DNA of 64,000 nucleotides from Candidatus Shapirobacteria bacterium (lineage in GTDB: Bacteria > Patescibacteriota > Microgenomatia > UM-FILTER-40-11), in contig JAGVBK010000004.1 of NCBI GenBank assembly GCA_020059745.1, forward strand, positions 178,511-242,510, given 5' to 3'. Made by a program: the position numbers and the translations under genes. The notes beneath the pieces are model-generated. The model did not search any database and was not told where the DNA came from. It worked only from the letters and a program-made list of their open reading frames with translations. Below are positions 36,805 through 46,991 of this stretch, one piece after another. Position 1 is the stretch's first letter. Each line of letters begins with the position of its first letter.

Positions 36805-37262
36805 TGAAAAAAGGATCTGAAAAGCAAATTAAAGAAGCGGAAGAACTTGCTTTGGAAATTGAGGAACTTACTAATTGCTGGAAAAGAGCCTTGGCTGATT
36901 ACCAGAACTTGGAAAAAAGAATTGAAAATGAAAAAAAAGATTTTATCCAGTTTTCCAACCGTGAGCTGATACAAAAACTACTGCCAGTGCTTGATCATTT
37001 TGAAAGAGCCGATGAGCATCTTAAAGATCAGGGTTTACAGATGGCAATCAGGGATTTTAAAAGGGTTTTGTCGGAGGAAGGTTTGGAAGAAATCGGTGTT
37101 TTGGGTCAGGAATATAACCCCGTAGAGATGGAAGCAGTTGAGGTTGTGGAAGGCAAAGAATCGGGAAAAGTAGTTGAGGTTGCCCAAAAAGGTTATCGGC
37201 TTAAAGATAAAGTGATAAGGCCCGCACGGGTAAAAGTTACTAAAGTTAATGAACAAAAATAA
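36798..37262 (+). CDS. grpE: nucleotide exchange factor GrpE
   Basis: ALADYQNLEKRIENEKKDFIQFSNRELIQKLLPVLDHFERA and the C-terminal beta-domain. It overlaps the hrcA stop. Confidence 0.85.
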   Translation: MVMKKGSEKQIKEAEELALEIEELTNCWKRALADYQNLEKRIENEKKDFIQFSNRELIQKLLPVLDHFERADEHLKDQGLQMAIRDFKRVLSEEGLEEIGVLGQEYNPVEMEAVEVVEGKESGKVVEVAQKGYRLKDKVIRPARVKVTKVNEQK

Positions 37263-37278
37263 GTAAAAAGGAGGTTAT

Positions 37279-39162
37279 ATGGCAAAAATTATCGGTATTG
37301 ATTTAGGAACCACCAATTCTGCGGTTGCTGTCATGGAAGGCGGCAGTCCAAAAATAATTTATTCGGCCGAAGGAAGGAATGTTATTCCTTCCATAGTAGA
37401 CCCTGTTTCCCATGTTGTCGGAGATGTAGCCAAAAGGCAAATGGTACTTAAGCCCAAGTCAACGATTTTTTCAATCAAAAGATTGATGGGAAAGAAATTT
37501 AAGGACGAAAGTGTTCAGGAGGACACAAAGTGGCTCCCTTACAGCATAAAAGAAGGCCGCGATGGTATGGCGGTTGTTGAGGTGGAGGGAAGAACTTTTA
37601 CCCCCCAGGAAATTTCTGCCATGATTTTACAGAAAGCAAAAGCCGACGCTGAAGCTTATCTGGGTACTAAAGTAACCCAAGCCGTAATTACCGTGCCTGC
37701 ATATTTTGACGATTCACAAAGACAGGCTACTAAACAAGCGGGAGAAATTGCCGGACTTGAAGTATTAAGAATTATAAACGAGCCGACAGCAGCAGCCCTA
37801 GCTTATGGTTTGGACAAAAAGAATGCCCAGACAGTGGCGGTATATGACCTTGGCGGCGGAACTTTTGACATTTCAATTTTGGAGTTGGGAGAAGGTGTTT
37901 ATGAAGTTAAATCAACCAGTGGCGATACCCACTTGGGAGGCGATGACTTTGACAAGGCAATCTTAAGCTACATTGCTGATGAGTTTCAGAAAGAGCACGG
38001 AATTGATTTGAGAAAAGACCCCCAGGCGCTACAAAGGTTAAAAGAAGCAGCAGAAAAAATTAAAATCGAGCTGTCTTCTTCTCAGGAGGGGGAAGTTAAC
38101 CAGCCGTTTATTACCCAGGGCAAAGATGGCAGCCCGCTTCACTTAAATATGAAAATTACCAGGGCAAAACTTCAGGATTTGGTAAGTGATTTAATTGAAA
38201 AAACAATTGAGCCAGTTAAGCAAGCCCTAAAAGATGCAGGCATTGAAAAGGGTGATGTCGATGAAATAATCATGGTTGGCGGTATGACCAGAATGCCAAA
38301 GGTTTACGAAACAGTTAAAAACTTTTTCGGCAAAGAACCTAACCGCTCGGTTAACCCAGACGAGGTGGTAGCTATTGGCGCTGCCATTCAAGGGGGAGTG
38401 CTAGGCGGCGAAGTAAAAGATGTGCTTTTACTGGATGTTACTCCTTTAACCTTGGGAATTGAAACCCTTGGCGGTGTTTCTACTCCGCTTATTCCGAGAA
38501 ACACCACAATTCCTACCTCAAAATCTCAGGTTTTTTCAACTGCAGCTGACAATCAGACGCAGGTTGAGATTAATGTCCTTCAGGGAGAAAGACCAATGGC
38601 AGCTGACAACAAATCCCTTGGCCGCTTTATTCTTGACGGCATTCCTCCGGCACCAAGAGGAATTCCTCAGGTTGAGGTTACTTTTGACATTGACGCTAAC
38701 GGCATTCTAAACGTTACGGCAAAGGATAAAGCAACCGGAAAAAGCCAGAGTGTTTCCATTAAAGGTTCAACCGGGCTTTCCAAAGACGAAATTGAGAAAA
38801 TGACCAAAGAAGCGGAGATTCACGCTTCAGAAGACGAGGAGAGAAGAAAAATTATTGAAGTAAGAAACCAGGCGGAAAGCATTGTCTATACTGCGGAAAA
38901 AACCCTTAAAGATGCGGGTGACAAGATTAAGCCAGAGGATAAAAAAGATATTGAAGATAAAATAAGCGATCTTAGAGAAACTCTTAAGACCGAAAACAGG
39001 GAAGAGATTGAGAAAAAAACTGCTTCTCTTTCCGAAACCCTGCAAAAAGTTGGCGCTTCTTTGTATCAGGAAGGACCGACCCAGGAAGCTCCGAAAGAGC
39101 AGCCTGAGGAGCAGCCAAAGGAGGAAGGAGAAGAAGCTGAAGAAGGAGAAGTTGTAAGTTAA
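37279..39162 (+). CDS. dnaK: molecular chaperone DnaK (Hsp70)
   Basis: [30 protein letters not shown], and the C-terminal lid with an EEVD-like acidic tail. A strong SD (AAGGAGG) lies 8 nt upstream. Confidence 0.95.
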   Translation: MAKIIGIDLGTTNSAVAVMEGGSPKIIYSAEGRNVIPSIVDPVSHVVGDVAKRQMVLKPKSTIFSIKRLMGKKFKDESVQEDTKWLPYSIKEGRDGMAVVEVEGRTFTPQEISAMILQKAKADAEAYLGTKVTQAVITVPAYFDDSQRQATKQAGEIAGLEVLRIINEPTAAALAYGLDKKNAQTVAVYDLGGGTFDISILELGEGVYEVKSTSGDTHLGGDDFDKAILSYIADEFQKEHGIDLRKDPQALQRLKEAAEKIKIELSSSQEGEVNQPFITQGKDGSPLHLNMKITRAKLQDLVSDLIEKTIEPVKQALKDAGIEKGDVDEIIMVGGMTRMPKVYETVKNFFGKEPNRSVNPDEVVAIGAAIQGGVLGGEVKDVLLLDVTPLTLGIETLGGVSTPLIPRNTTIPTSKSQVFSTAADNQTQVEINVLQGERPMAADNKSLGRFILDGIPPAPRGIPQVEVTFDIDANGILNVTAKDKATGKSQSVSIKGSTGLSKDEIEKMTKEAEIHASEDEERRKIIEVRNQAESIVYTAEKTLKDAGDKIKPEDKKDIEDKISDLRETLKTENREEIEKKTASLSETLQKVGASLYQEGPTQEAPKEQPEEQPKEEGEEAEEGEVVS

Positions 39163-39194
39163 AAACTAAAAAATTTTAAAAAATTGTAAAATAA

Positions 39195-39222
39195 ATGGTG
39201 GGGTTTTCCCCGCCATTTTTTT
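39195..39222 (+). terminator. intrinsic terminator between dnaK and dnaJ
   Basis: Stem AUGGUGGGG / CCCCGCCAU with one G-U pair, a UUUU loop, and a 7-T run after the stem. Confidence 0.65.
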
Positions 39223-39259
39223 CAAAGAAACTAAATAATTAAAAATAAAGAGATAAGGT

Positions 39260-40141
39260 ATGGCTGCTAAAAGAGATTATTATGAAATTTTAGGCATTAA
39301 AAAGAATGCCTCTGAAGCAGAAATTAAAGCTGCTTACCGTAGGCAGGCTTTGCAGTGGCATCCTGACAAGAATAAGTCTTCAGAAGCTGAATCAAAATTT
39401 AAAGAGGTTAATGAGGCTTATGAGGTTTTATCAAATAAAGACAAGAGAGCTGCTTACGATCAGTTTGGTCATGCAGCCTTTGAGCAAGGCGCTGGCTTTG
39501 GTAGTGGGGCTGGGCCATTCGGCGGACAAACAAGAAGCTATCAGCAGGGTCCGTTTTCCTATACTTATACTACTTACGGCGGCAATGGACCTGAAGGTTT
39601 TGATTTTGGTGGTTTTTCAGACCCCTTTGACATTTTCGCTCAGTTTTTTGGAGGCGCTTCTCCTTTTGGTAGTGGCCGGGCTTCAAGAAAACCCCGCTAC
39701 GGGATTTCGCTTTCTTTTATGGAAGCAGTAAAAGGAGTAGAGAAAGAAGTCAACATAGAAGGTAAAAAAAGAAAAATTAAAATTCCCCCCGGAGTTGACG
39801 ATGGCACAATTATTGATTTTGGTAACTTTTATCTTTCAGTTGATGTCAGGCCTGACCCTACTTTTAAAAGAGACGGCTTAGATGTTTATGTGGATAAAGA
39901 AATCTCATTTAGCCAAGCAGCCTTGGGGTCAGTAGTTGAAGTGCCTACGCTTGGCGGCAAGGTAAACCTAAAAATTAGGCCGGGGACTCAACCGGATACC
40001 TTGGTACGGCTTCGTGAAAAAGGTATTTTAAGCCCGAGAACAGGTAGAAAAGGTGACCAGTATGTCAGGATTAAGGTAATGGTGCCAACAAGGCTTTCAA
40101 GAAAGCAAAAAGAAATTCTTGAAGAGTTTGAAAATTCTTAA
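39260..40141 (+). CDS. dnaJ: J-domain co-chaperone DnaJ/CbpA type (no zinc-finger domain)
   Basis: J domain DYYEILGI...HPDKN, a G/F-rich linker, and the DnaJ C-terminal substrate-binding domains. No CxxCxGxG repeats. Confidence 0.8.
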   Translation: MAAKRDYYEILGIKKNASEAEIKAAYRRQALQWHPDKNKSSEAESKFKEVNEAYEVLSNKDKRAAYDQFGHAAFEQGAGFGSGAGPFGGQTRSYQQGPFSYTYTTYGGNGPEGFDFGGFSDPFDIFAQFFGGASPFGSGRASRKPRYGISLSFMEAVKGVEKEVNIEGKKRKIKIPPGVDDGTIIDFGNFYLSVDVRPDPTFKRDGLDVYVDKEISFSQAALGSVVEVPTLGGKVNLKIRPGTQPDTLVRLREKGILSPRTGRKGDQYVRIKVMVPTRLSRKQKEILEEFENS

Positions 40142-40183
40142 AGTTTTTTGCTTTAATTAATTTTCTAAAGTATTATTTTCTTT

Positions 40184-40840
40184 ATGCTAAATAACACGAT
40201 TTTTGAGTTTATTAGACAATACGGGGTAAAAAGCGTTATTGTCGGAGGCTTAATCGAGCAGATTGTTGTTCCTGTCCCCTCTCCCTTAGTGCCAATGGCA
40301 GCAGGCTTTCTTTTTGTTGACCAGTCAATAACAAATTATTTCATTGTTTTTAGGGAGCTTTTTTTAAAGGCTGCTTTGCCTTTTGCTATCGGTTCAACCA
40401 TTGGCTCAACTATGGTTTATCTTGTTTCTTGGTACGGCGGAAAATGGCTTGTTGATAAATTTCACAAGTGGCTTGGTTTTGACTGGGAGGACATTGAAGG
40501 GATTCAGAGGAAGTATTTTAAAGGAAAGTCGACTGACGAGCTTTTAATTTTTGTGTTTCGGGCTATTCCCATGGTTCCTTCTTCTTTGATTTCTGCGGTT
40601 TCCGGAGCGATAAGAATTAAGCCGCTAAGTTTTTATCTTTACACCTTTTTAGGATTACTTTTCCGGGGTATTGTTTTGGGTTTTGTTGGTTGGCAAAGCG
40701 GAGAGGCAATTTTTAAAATCTCAAGCGGTCTTGATAAAACAGAGATGGTAATTAGCGTTTTAATGCTTCTTTTGTTTGCGGCGGCTTTTTTCTTTGCTTA
40801 TGCAAAAAGGAAAAAGTGGCTAAGGTCCATAAAAGAATAA
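40184..40840 (+). CDS. DedA/VTT-domain membrane protein
   Basis: The 218-aa protein has 5-6 TM segments and a DedA-like pattern (PVPSPLVPMAAGFLF ... GGKWLVDKF). Confidence 0.5.
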   Translation: MLNNTIFEFIRQYGVKSVIVGGLIEQIVVPVPSPLVPMAAGFLFVDQSITNYFIVFRELFLKAALPFAIGSTIGSTMVYLVSWYGGKWLVDKFHKWLGFDWEDIEGIQRKYFKGKSTDELLIFVFRAIPMVPSSLISAVSGAIRIKPLSFYLYTFLGLLFRGIVLGFVGWQSGEAIFKISSGLDKTEMVISVLMLLLFAAAFFFAYAKRKKWLRSIKE

Positions 40841-40861
40841 TTTTCTATCTTGCTTCTGAGA

Positions 40862-40890
40862 TTGACCCTTGGTTTTCAAAGTGTTACAAT
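40862..40890 (+). promoter_or_regulatory. near-consensus sigma70 promoter TTGACC-17-TACAAT for the nusA-infB operon
   Basis: TTGACC at 40862-40867, an exact 17-nt spacer, and TACAAT at 40885-40890. Confidence 0.65.
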
Positions 40891-40917
40891 AGATTTGTTA
40901 GTTTAAACATGGAGCAG

Positions 40918-40940
40918 AGGCGAGATATCTCGCCTTTTTA
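40918..40940 (+). promoter_or_regulatory. perfect 18-bp palindrome plus T-tract in the nusA leader (attenuator/terminator-like hairpin or operator)
   Basis: aggcgagat|atctcgcct at 40918-40935 is followed by ttttt, about 12 nt upstream of the nusA ATG. No SD is visible. Confidence 0.5.
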
Positions 40941-40947
40941 GATAAAT

Positions 40948-41991
40948 ATGGCAAATATTAATATACCAAGAACTGAATTTGCAGCTGCTTTGGCTCAGGT
41001 TGCTTCGGAAAGAGGCATTGACCCTGATCAGGTTTTGGAGTCTATTAAAGTGGCAATAATTACGGCCTACAAAAAAGATTACGGGGTTAAGGAAGGCTTT
41101 GAATACGGAGTTGAAATTGACCCTGCCTCTGGAGAATCACGGCTTTTTGCTTGGCCTGAAGGCGAGGAAGAAAAAAAGGAAGAAATCACTCCTGCCGGTT
41201 TTGGAAGAATTGCTGCCCAACAAGCAAGAAACATTATTGTCCAAAAAATAAGAGAAGCGGAAAAGAACTCCGTTCTTGAAGAATATGAAAAAAGGATCGG
41301 AACTTTGGTAAATGGCATGATTTTAAGATTTGAGGGAGACAATATTTTGGTTGATATTGGTAAAGGCGAAGCGGTAATGCCTCCTCAGGAACAAAACAGA
41401 GCAGAAAACTATCGCTTAAACATGAGAATGGTTTTTTTCTTGGAAGGAATTAGAGAAACCATGAAAGGCAGACAAATTATTGTTTCGAGAGCACACGAAG
41501 GCTTAGTTGAAGGTTTATTTAAAAGAGAGGTTCCCGAAGTTGCTTCAGGGGCAGTAGAAATAAAGGCAATTGCCAGAGAAGCAGGTTCCAGAACTAAAAT
41601 TGCCGTATTTTCCCAACAGCCAGGAGTCGATCCGGTTGGTTCTTGTGTTGGTCAAAAAGGAGTTCGGGTTCAGGCTGTAATTAATGAGTTAAACGGAGAA
41701 AAAATTGACATTATCCAATATAGTGAGGACGCAGAGAAATTTATTATCGCCGCTTTGGCTCCGGCAGAAAACATTGAAGTTGTAAAAATTGACAAAGAAG
41801 ACAAGATAGCCCATCTTATCGCTCCTGAGGATCAGCTTTCTTTGGCCATTGGTAAAGGCGGCCAAAATGTGAGGTTGGCGATTAAACTTACGGGTTATAA
41901 AATTGACATTGAGCCAAAAGAAGGGGTAACTCAGACCACTACCTCTCTGGAGGAACCAGGACCTCGGGAAACTCAGACAGAAGAAAAATAA
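40948..41991 (+). CDS. nusA: transcription termination/antitermination factor NusA
   Basis: NusA N-terminal domain, S1 domain (GTLVNGMILRFEGDNILVDIGKGEAVMP), and two KH domains (VGSCVGQKGVRVQAV, IGKGGQNVRLAIKLTG). 347 aa, without AR repeats. Confidence 0.85.
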   Translation: MANINIPRTEFAAALAQVASERGIDPDQVLESIKVAIITAYKKDYGVKEGFEYGVEIDPASGESRLFAWPEGEEEKKEEITPAGFGRIAAQQARNIIVQKIREAEKNSVLEEYEKRIGTLVNGMILRFEGDNILVDIGKGEAVMPPQEQNRAENYRLNMRMVFFLEGIRETMKGRQIIVSRAHEGLVEGLFKREVPEVASGAVEIKAIAREAGSRTKIAVFSQQPGVDPVGSCVGQKGVRVQAVINELNGEKIDIIQYSEDAEKFIIAALAPAENIEVVKIDKEDKIAHLIAPEDQLSLAIGKGGQNVRLAIKLTGYKIDIEPKEGVTQTTTSLEEPGPRETQTEEK

Positions 41992-42012
41992 AAGGCAAGA
42001 AAGGAGGGAGCC

Positions 42013-43443
42013 ATGGCTTCACAGAAAAAACCACCTGTAGTTACAATCATGGGTCATGTTGACCACGGAAAAACCACGCTTTTGGATTACATCAGAAAAA
42101 CAAAGCTGGTTGAAAAAGAAGTGGGACAGATTACCCAGGCTATTGGTGCTTATCAGATCGAACTTAAAAACGAAAAAATTACCTTCATTGATACCCCGGG
42201 CCACGAGGCGTTTACCAAAATGCGCTCAAGAGGAGCAAGGGTAGCTGATGTGGTTGTTTTGGTTGTTGCTGCTAATGACGGAGTAATGCCCCAGACAGAA
42301 GAAAGCCTTCGCATTATTGAAGAATCAAAAACCCCTTTTATTATTGCCATTAATAAAGTTGACTTACCCGAAGCTTCGCCGGACAAAGTTAAAGCTCAAT
42401 TGGCAGAAAATAATGTTTTAGTGGAAGAATACGGCGGTAAAGTGGTTGCAGTGCCTGTTTCCGCAAAGACAGGAGAAGGAATTGATCAGCTCTTAGAAAT
42501 GATTCTTCTTACTGCCGAAATTTCAGAGCTTAAAGCTGACCCTGAGGCTCATTTTGAGGGAGATATCATTGAATCAAAAGCTGACAAATATTGTGGTTCT
42601 GTGGCTACCCTAATTGTAAGGAGTGGCACCTTAAGGAAAGGGGACCAGATTACGGCTGACGGTGTTTCCGCTAAGGTGAGAATGATGCGGGATGAGTTTG
42701 GCAAGCCGGTTGAAAAAGCATTCCCCGGAGATCCGGTTTTGGTTTTAGGTTTTTCTTCAGTTCCCCAGGCAGGAGCTTTGGCAAAAGAGCTTTTTGAGAC
42801 TGAAGAAAAAGCTTCCGGAACTTTAAAAGAAAGGACAATGCCCGCTCCTCAAAAAGAGGAGGAAAGCAAACTGAAAATTATTCTTAAAGCTGATGTGACT
42901 GGTTCTTTGGAGGCAATCTTGGGTTGTCTGCCCGATGAGGTTTTGGTAATGGAAAAAGGGGTTGGCGAGGTAACGGAATCTGATGTTTTATTGGCTAAGA
43001 CTTTTGGAGCGGAGATTTACAGCTTTAATTTAAACCAAGGCCCAAACATAAAAAAATTAGCAGAAACAGAAAATGTAAAAATCAGGAATTACAATATTAT
43101 CTATAACTTACTTAAGGAAGTTGAAGAAAGAATTTTAAAGATTCTTGAGCCTACTATTGACCGAAAAGTTTTGGGAAAGGCAGAAATTTTGGCGGTTTTT
43201 GAAATGAAGGGAGAAAAAATTGCGGGAGCAAGGGTAACTGAAGGCAAAATAAACAAAAATTTTGCTGTCTGCCTCCAAAGAGACAATAAAATTCTTGTCG
43301 AAACAAGAATAACTTCGCTTAAGGTTGAAAAGCAGGACGTTAATGAAGTTGGCGAGGGCGGTGAATTTGGGGTGATTTTTGCCAAAAAAGTTGATTTTCA
43401 GAAGGGCGATATGATAATATCTTACAGCCTAGAGGAAAATTAA
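42013..43443 (+). CDS. infB: translation initiation factor IF-2 (short form starting at the G domain)
   Basis: [31 protein letters not shown], and the C-terminal beta-barrel domains. 476 aa, with no N-terminal extension. Confidence 0.9.
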   Translation: MASQKKPPVVTIMGHVDHGKTTLLDYIRKTKLVEKEVGQITQAIGAYQIELKNEKITFIDTPGHEAFTKMRSRGARVADVVVLVVAANDGVMPQTEESLRIIEESKTPFIIAINKVDLPEASPDKVKAQLAENNVLVEEYGGKVVAVPVSAKTGEGIDQLLEMILLTAEISELKADPEAHFEGDIIESKADKYCGSVATLIVRSGTLRKGDQITADGVSAKVRMMRDEFGKPVEKAFPGDPVLVLGFSSVPQAGALAKELFETEEKASGTLKERTMPAPQKEEESKLKIILKADVTGSLEAILGCLPDEVLVMEKGVGEVTESDVLLAKTFGAEIYSFNLNQGPNIKKLAETENVKIRNYNIIYNLLKEVEERILKILEPTIDRKVLGKAEILAVFEMKGEKIAGARVTEGKINKNFAVCLQRDNKILVETRITSLKVEKQDVNEVGEGGEFGVIFAKKVDFQKGDMIISYSLEEN

Positions 43444-43460
43444 TAAGGTTTAGCATAAAT

Positions 43461-44366
43461 ATGAATAAAGACTATCCTTTTAGCGAGTTGAAGGAAAGAA
43501 TTTCTACAGCTCAAAAAATTATTGTTGCCTTGCCAAAAAACCCATATTTTGACCAGGTGGCTGCGGCCTTGGCTTTGGCAATTTCTCTTGAAGAATCAGA
43601 CAAAAGCGTTTCAGTCCTTTGTGCTACTCCTATGACGGTTGAATATAACCACCTTGTGGGAGTAAACAAGATTACCAGCAAGGTCCAGGGAAGAGACTTG
43701 CTTATTACTTTCAATTATTCGGCTGAAGATATTGAGCGCGTTAGCTATAACGACGATGGCAATAAACCAAACATTCTTATTCAGCCCAAATCAGGAGCGT
43801 CTCCAATTTCCCAGGAACTGGCAAATTTTTCTTATTCCGGAACTGGAGCCGATTTGGTTTTTACTGTGGGTTTAAAAAATGCTAATCAGCTTAATTTTAC
43901 CGGTCTTAATCCAGAAGAAAATTTTGTGATTAACCTAGACACCGATCCGTCAAATTCCCAGTTTGGCCAAGTGAATGTTATTGATACTGAAGCAGCTTCT
44001 TACTCGGAAGTAGTTTTAGCTTTGATTGCCGGTCTTGGTCTTTCTTTGGGAACTGATTCTGCTCAAAATGTGATTTCCGGAATTTGGGCTGGAACTCAGG
44101 GGCTTTCTTCACCCCGTGTTCAGGCTGATACTTTTGAGGCAATTTCAATTTGTTTAAGAACCGGTGCCCAAAAACCTGCCGGGGGTGTTGGTAAAAAAGA
44201 AGCTCAATTTGTTTCTTCACCAAAACAGGAGCAAAAAGAGAAAACTACTTTTTTAAAAGAAGAAAGCCAGGGTAAAGATAAAGCGGAACAGGATAAAAGC
44301 GGAAATCCCCCGGCTGACTGGTTTGAACCGAAGATTTATAAAGGAACAGATCTTTCTCAAAAATAA
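43461..44366 (+). CDS. DHH/DHHA1-family NrnA-like protein with degenerate catalytic motifs (probable pseudo-phosphoesterase) and a Lys/Glu-rich C-terminal tail
   Basis: Architecture and spacing match NrnA, but motif I PKNPYFDQVAA stands in place of NPDGDAIGS, and motif III INLDTD stands in place of IDHH. The gene sits at the infB-rbfA-nrnA syntenic position. Confidence 0.45.
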   Translation: MNKDYPFSELKERISTAQKIIVALPKNPYFDQVAAALALAISLEESDKSVSVLCATPMTVEYNHLVGVNKITSKVQGRDLLITFNYSAEDIERVSYNDDGNKPNILIQPKSGASPISQELANFSYSGTGADLVFTVGLKNANQLNFTGLNPEENFVINLDTDPSNSQFGQVNVIDTEAASYSEVVLALIAGLGLSLGTDSAQNVISGIWAGTQGLSSPRVQADTFEAISICLRTGAQKPAGGVGKKEAQFVSSPKQEQKEKTTFLKEESQGKDKAEQDKSGNPPADWFEPKIYKGTDLSQK

Positions 44367-44434
44367 GCGTAGCTTGATTTCAGGAAAATAAGCGTAGCTT
44401 GATTTCAAGAAAATAAGCAGAGCTTGATTTAAAT
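44360..44434 (+). repeat. 3 x 25-bp direct tandem repeat in the DHH-like/rpsO intergenic region
   Basis: aaaataagcgtagcttgatttcagg (44360-44384), aaaataagcgtagcttgatttcaag (44385-44409), aaaataagcagagcttgatttaaat (44410-44434). The first copy overlaps the upstream stop codon. Adjacent units can pair (GCUUGAUUU / AAAUAAGC) to give hairpins. Confidence 0.9.
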
Positions 44435-44493
44435 AATCCTTGTATTGAGAAACAAAATCAAATATAATTAGGCAATAAAACATAACTATAAAC

Positions 44494-44763
44494 ATGGCCT
44501 TAAGATCAGAAGAAAAGAAAGAAATTATTGATAAGTACGCAACCGCCAAAGGGGACACTGGTTCTCCTGAAGTGCAAATTGCTTTGCTTTCAACTAAAAT
44601 TGACAAACTGGTAGGTCATCTTAAAGAAAATAAAAAAGATGTTCACTCCAGGCGTGGACTTCTCTCTATGGTCTCCAAGAGAAGAAGGCTTTTATCATAT
44701 TTGTTAAAGAAAGATGAAGAAAGGTATCGGAGAATCGTTAAAGACTTAGGGCTTTCTAAGTAA
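44494..44763 (+). CDS. rpsO: 30S ribosomal protein S15
   Basis: [57 protein letters not shown]. Confidence 0.95.
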   Translation: MALRSEEKKEIIDKYATAKGDTGSPEVQIALLSTKIDKLVGHLKENKKDVHSRRGLLSMVSKRRRLLSYLLKKDEERYRRIVKDLGLSK

Positions 44764-44783
44764 TTAACTTCCCTTAAATTTTT

Positions 44784-46964
44784 ATGAGTATTGTTTCAAA
44801 AGAAGCCCAGATTGGCGGAAGAACATTAAAACTGGAAGTAGGGCGTTTTGCTCCCCAAACCAACGCTTCCGTGATTGCCCAATACGGTGAAACCATGGTT
44901 CTGGTTACTGTGGTTCGTTCAACTCCCAGAGAAGACTTGGGTTATTTTCCTTTAAGCGTGGAATATGTGGAAAGACTCTACGCCGGTGGAAGGATTAAAG
45001 GTTCGCGTTGGGTAAAAAGAGAAGGAAGGCCCACTGACGAGGCAATTTTAATCGGTCGCTTGGTTGATCGCTCCATAAGACCGCTTTTCCCTAAGGGTTA
45101 CAATGACGAAGTTCAAGTAACAATCACCGTTCTGTCCGTTGATCTTGAAAATGATCCTGATATTGTTTCTCTAATTGGAACCTCTGCAGCTTTGGCGATA
45201 TCTGATATTCCCTGGAATGGACCTATTGGTGCGGCCAGGGTTGGTTTAAAAGAGCAGGTTCCTTTTGTAAACCCGACTGAAGCGGAAAAGGCTTTTTCGG
45301 ACTTAGATTTGGTTGTTGCCGCCTCAAAGGAAAGGGTGGTCATGATTGAAGGTAAGGGAAACGAGGTTACTGAAGCTCAAGTTCTTGAGGCAACTAAATT
45401 CGGTAAAGAAGAGTCACAAAAAGTGATTGCTTTAATTGAGGAACTTCAAAAAGAAGTTGGCCAGGAGAAAAAAAGCTTTGTTGAGAAAGAGATTAATGAA
45501 GAAATTAAGAAAAGAGCGCAAAAATTTGTCAAAGAATATCTTGACGCTGTTTTTTCTAAGGAAAAAGGCCGGGAAACTGGCGGAACAGGTTCTGCAGAGG
45601 CATTGACTTCGTTTCTTTCCGAATTTGAACCTGAACAAAAAAGAGAGGCTTCGGCCGCTTTTGAATATTTTTGGAAGAAGATATTTCGGGAAAACGTACT
45701 TTCAGGAAAAAGAGTTGACGGGAGAGCATTAACTGAGGTTCGTCCAATTGAGGTTGAAGTGGGAATTCTTCCCAGAACCCACGGCAGCGCTATGTTTAAA
45801 AGAGGGTTAACTCAGGTTCTTACCGTAACTACCTTGGGTGCACCTTCTTTGCAGCAGCTTATCGAGACTGCTACAGGAGAAGAATCAAAGCGCTATATTC
45901 ATCATTATTCAATGCCGCCCTACTCCCTTGGCGAAACTGGGCGTACTGGTTTTCTTTCCAGGAGAGAGATAGGACATGGGGCTTTAGCCGAGAAAGCGAT
46001 TGAACCAGTTGTTCCTACTGAAGAAAATTTTCCTTATACTATTAGGGTTGTTTCTGAGGTTTTGTCTTCCAACGGTTCAACCTCAATGGCGTCAACTTGC
46101 GGTTCAACACTTTCTTTAATGGATGCCGGTGTTCCGATAAAGACTCCGGTTTCCGGGGTGGCGATGGGATTGGTTACCGGAGAAAAAGCCGGAGCAGAAG
46201 GAGACTATCTTATCCTGACTGACATTTTAGGCGCTGAGGATTTTAACGGTGACATGGATTTTAAAATTACCGGTTCTGAAAAGGGGATTACCGCAATCCA
46301 GCTTGACGTTAAAATCCCCGGTCTTACTGACGAAATCATTGAGAAGACTCTTGCCCAGGCCAAAGAAGGAAGGCTTTTTATTCTCGAGCGCATGCTCACG
46401 GCCTTAAAAGAGCCAAGACAAAAAATTTCTGAATACGCTCCCAGGGTTGCAGTGATTCACGTTCCTCAGGAAAAAATCGGGGAAGTAATCGGTCCGGGCG
46501 GAAGGGTTATCAGAAGGCTTATTGAGGAAACCGGAGCAAGCATTGAAGTTCAAGATGATGGTTCCGTTAATGTTTCGGGAGTTGACGAAAAATCAGTAGA
46601 GTCAGCATTAAACCAAATTAAAGGTTTGGTTCAGGACGCTGAAGTTGGCCAGACTTATGAGGGCGAAGTTAAAAGAATCCAACCTTTTGGCGCTTTTGTT
46701 GAAATTTTGCCTGGCAAAGAGGGTCTAGTGCATGTTTCACAGATGTCGGAAGAGTTTGTTGACGATCCTTCAACAGTTGTTTCCATTGGCCAGAAAGTTT
46801 CCGTTAAAGTGATGGAGATTGACGAAAAAGGCAGAATAAACTTAACCATGCTTCTTAATGGAGAAAAAAAGGGTGGCGGTAACCGCGGCCAAGGAAGAGA
46901 TTTTAGCCGTCAGCCGAAGTTTGAGAAAAAGCCTTATTTCCCTTCTTCAAAGTACAGAAAGTAA
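44784..46964 (+). CDS. pnp: polyribonucleotide nucleotidyltransferase (PNPase)
   Basis: Two RNase PH domains, a KH domain (IGEVIGPGGRVIRRL) and an S1 domain (VGQTYEGEVKRIQPFGAFVEI), with an R/G-rich tail. Confidence 0.95.
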   Translation: MSIVSKEAQIGGRTLKLEVGRFAPQTNASVIAQYGETMVLVTVVRSTPREDLGYFPLSVEYVERLYAGGRIKGSRWVKREGRPTDEAILIGRLVDRSIRPLFPKGYNDEVQVTITVLSVDLENDPDIVSLIGTSAALAISDIPWNGPIGAARVGLKEQVPFVNPTEAEKAFSDLDLVVAASKERVVMIEGKGNEVTEAQVLEATKFGKEESQKVIALIEELQKEVGQEKKSFVEKEINEEIKKRAQKFVKEYLDAVFSKEKGRETGGTGSAEALTSFLSEFEPEQKREASAAFEYFWKKIFRENVLSGKRVDGRALTEVRPIEVEVGILPRTHGSAMFKRGLTQVLTVTTLGAPSLQQLIETATGEESKRYIHHYSMPPYSLGETGRTGFLSRREIGHGALAEKAIEPVVPTEENFPYTIRVVSEVLSSNGSTSMASTCGSTLSLMDAGVPIKTPVSGVAMGLVTGEKAGAEGDYLILTDILGAEDFNGDMDFKITGSEKGITAIQLDVKIPGLTDEIIEKTLAQAKEGRLFILERMLTALKEPRQKISEYAPRVAVIHVPQEKIGEVIGPGGRVIRRLIEETGASIEVQDDGSVNVSGVDEKSVESALNQIKGLVQDAEVGQTYEGEVKRIQPFGAFVEILPGKEGLVHVSQMSEEFVDDPSTVVSIGQKVSVKVMEIDEKGRINLTMLLNGEKKGGGNRGQGRDFSRQPKFEKKPYFPSSKYRK

Positions 46965-46991
46965 ATTTCTTAAAAGAAGAAACCTCCTTTT

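Noticed and set aside
44360-44434. Possible CRISPR array
   Set aside because: There are only three contiguous 25-bp units, with no spacers and no cas genes. It is classed as a simple tandem repeat.
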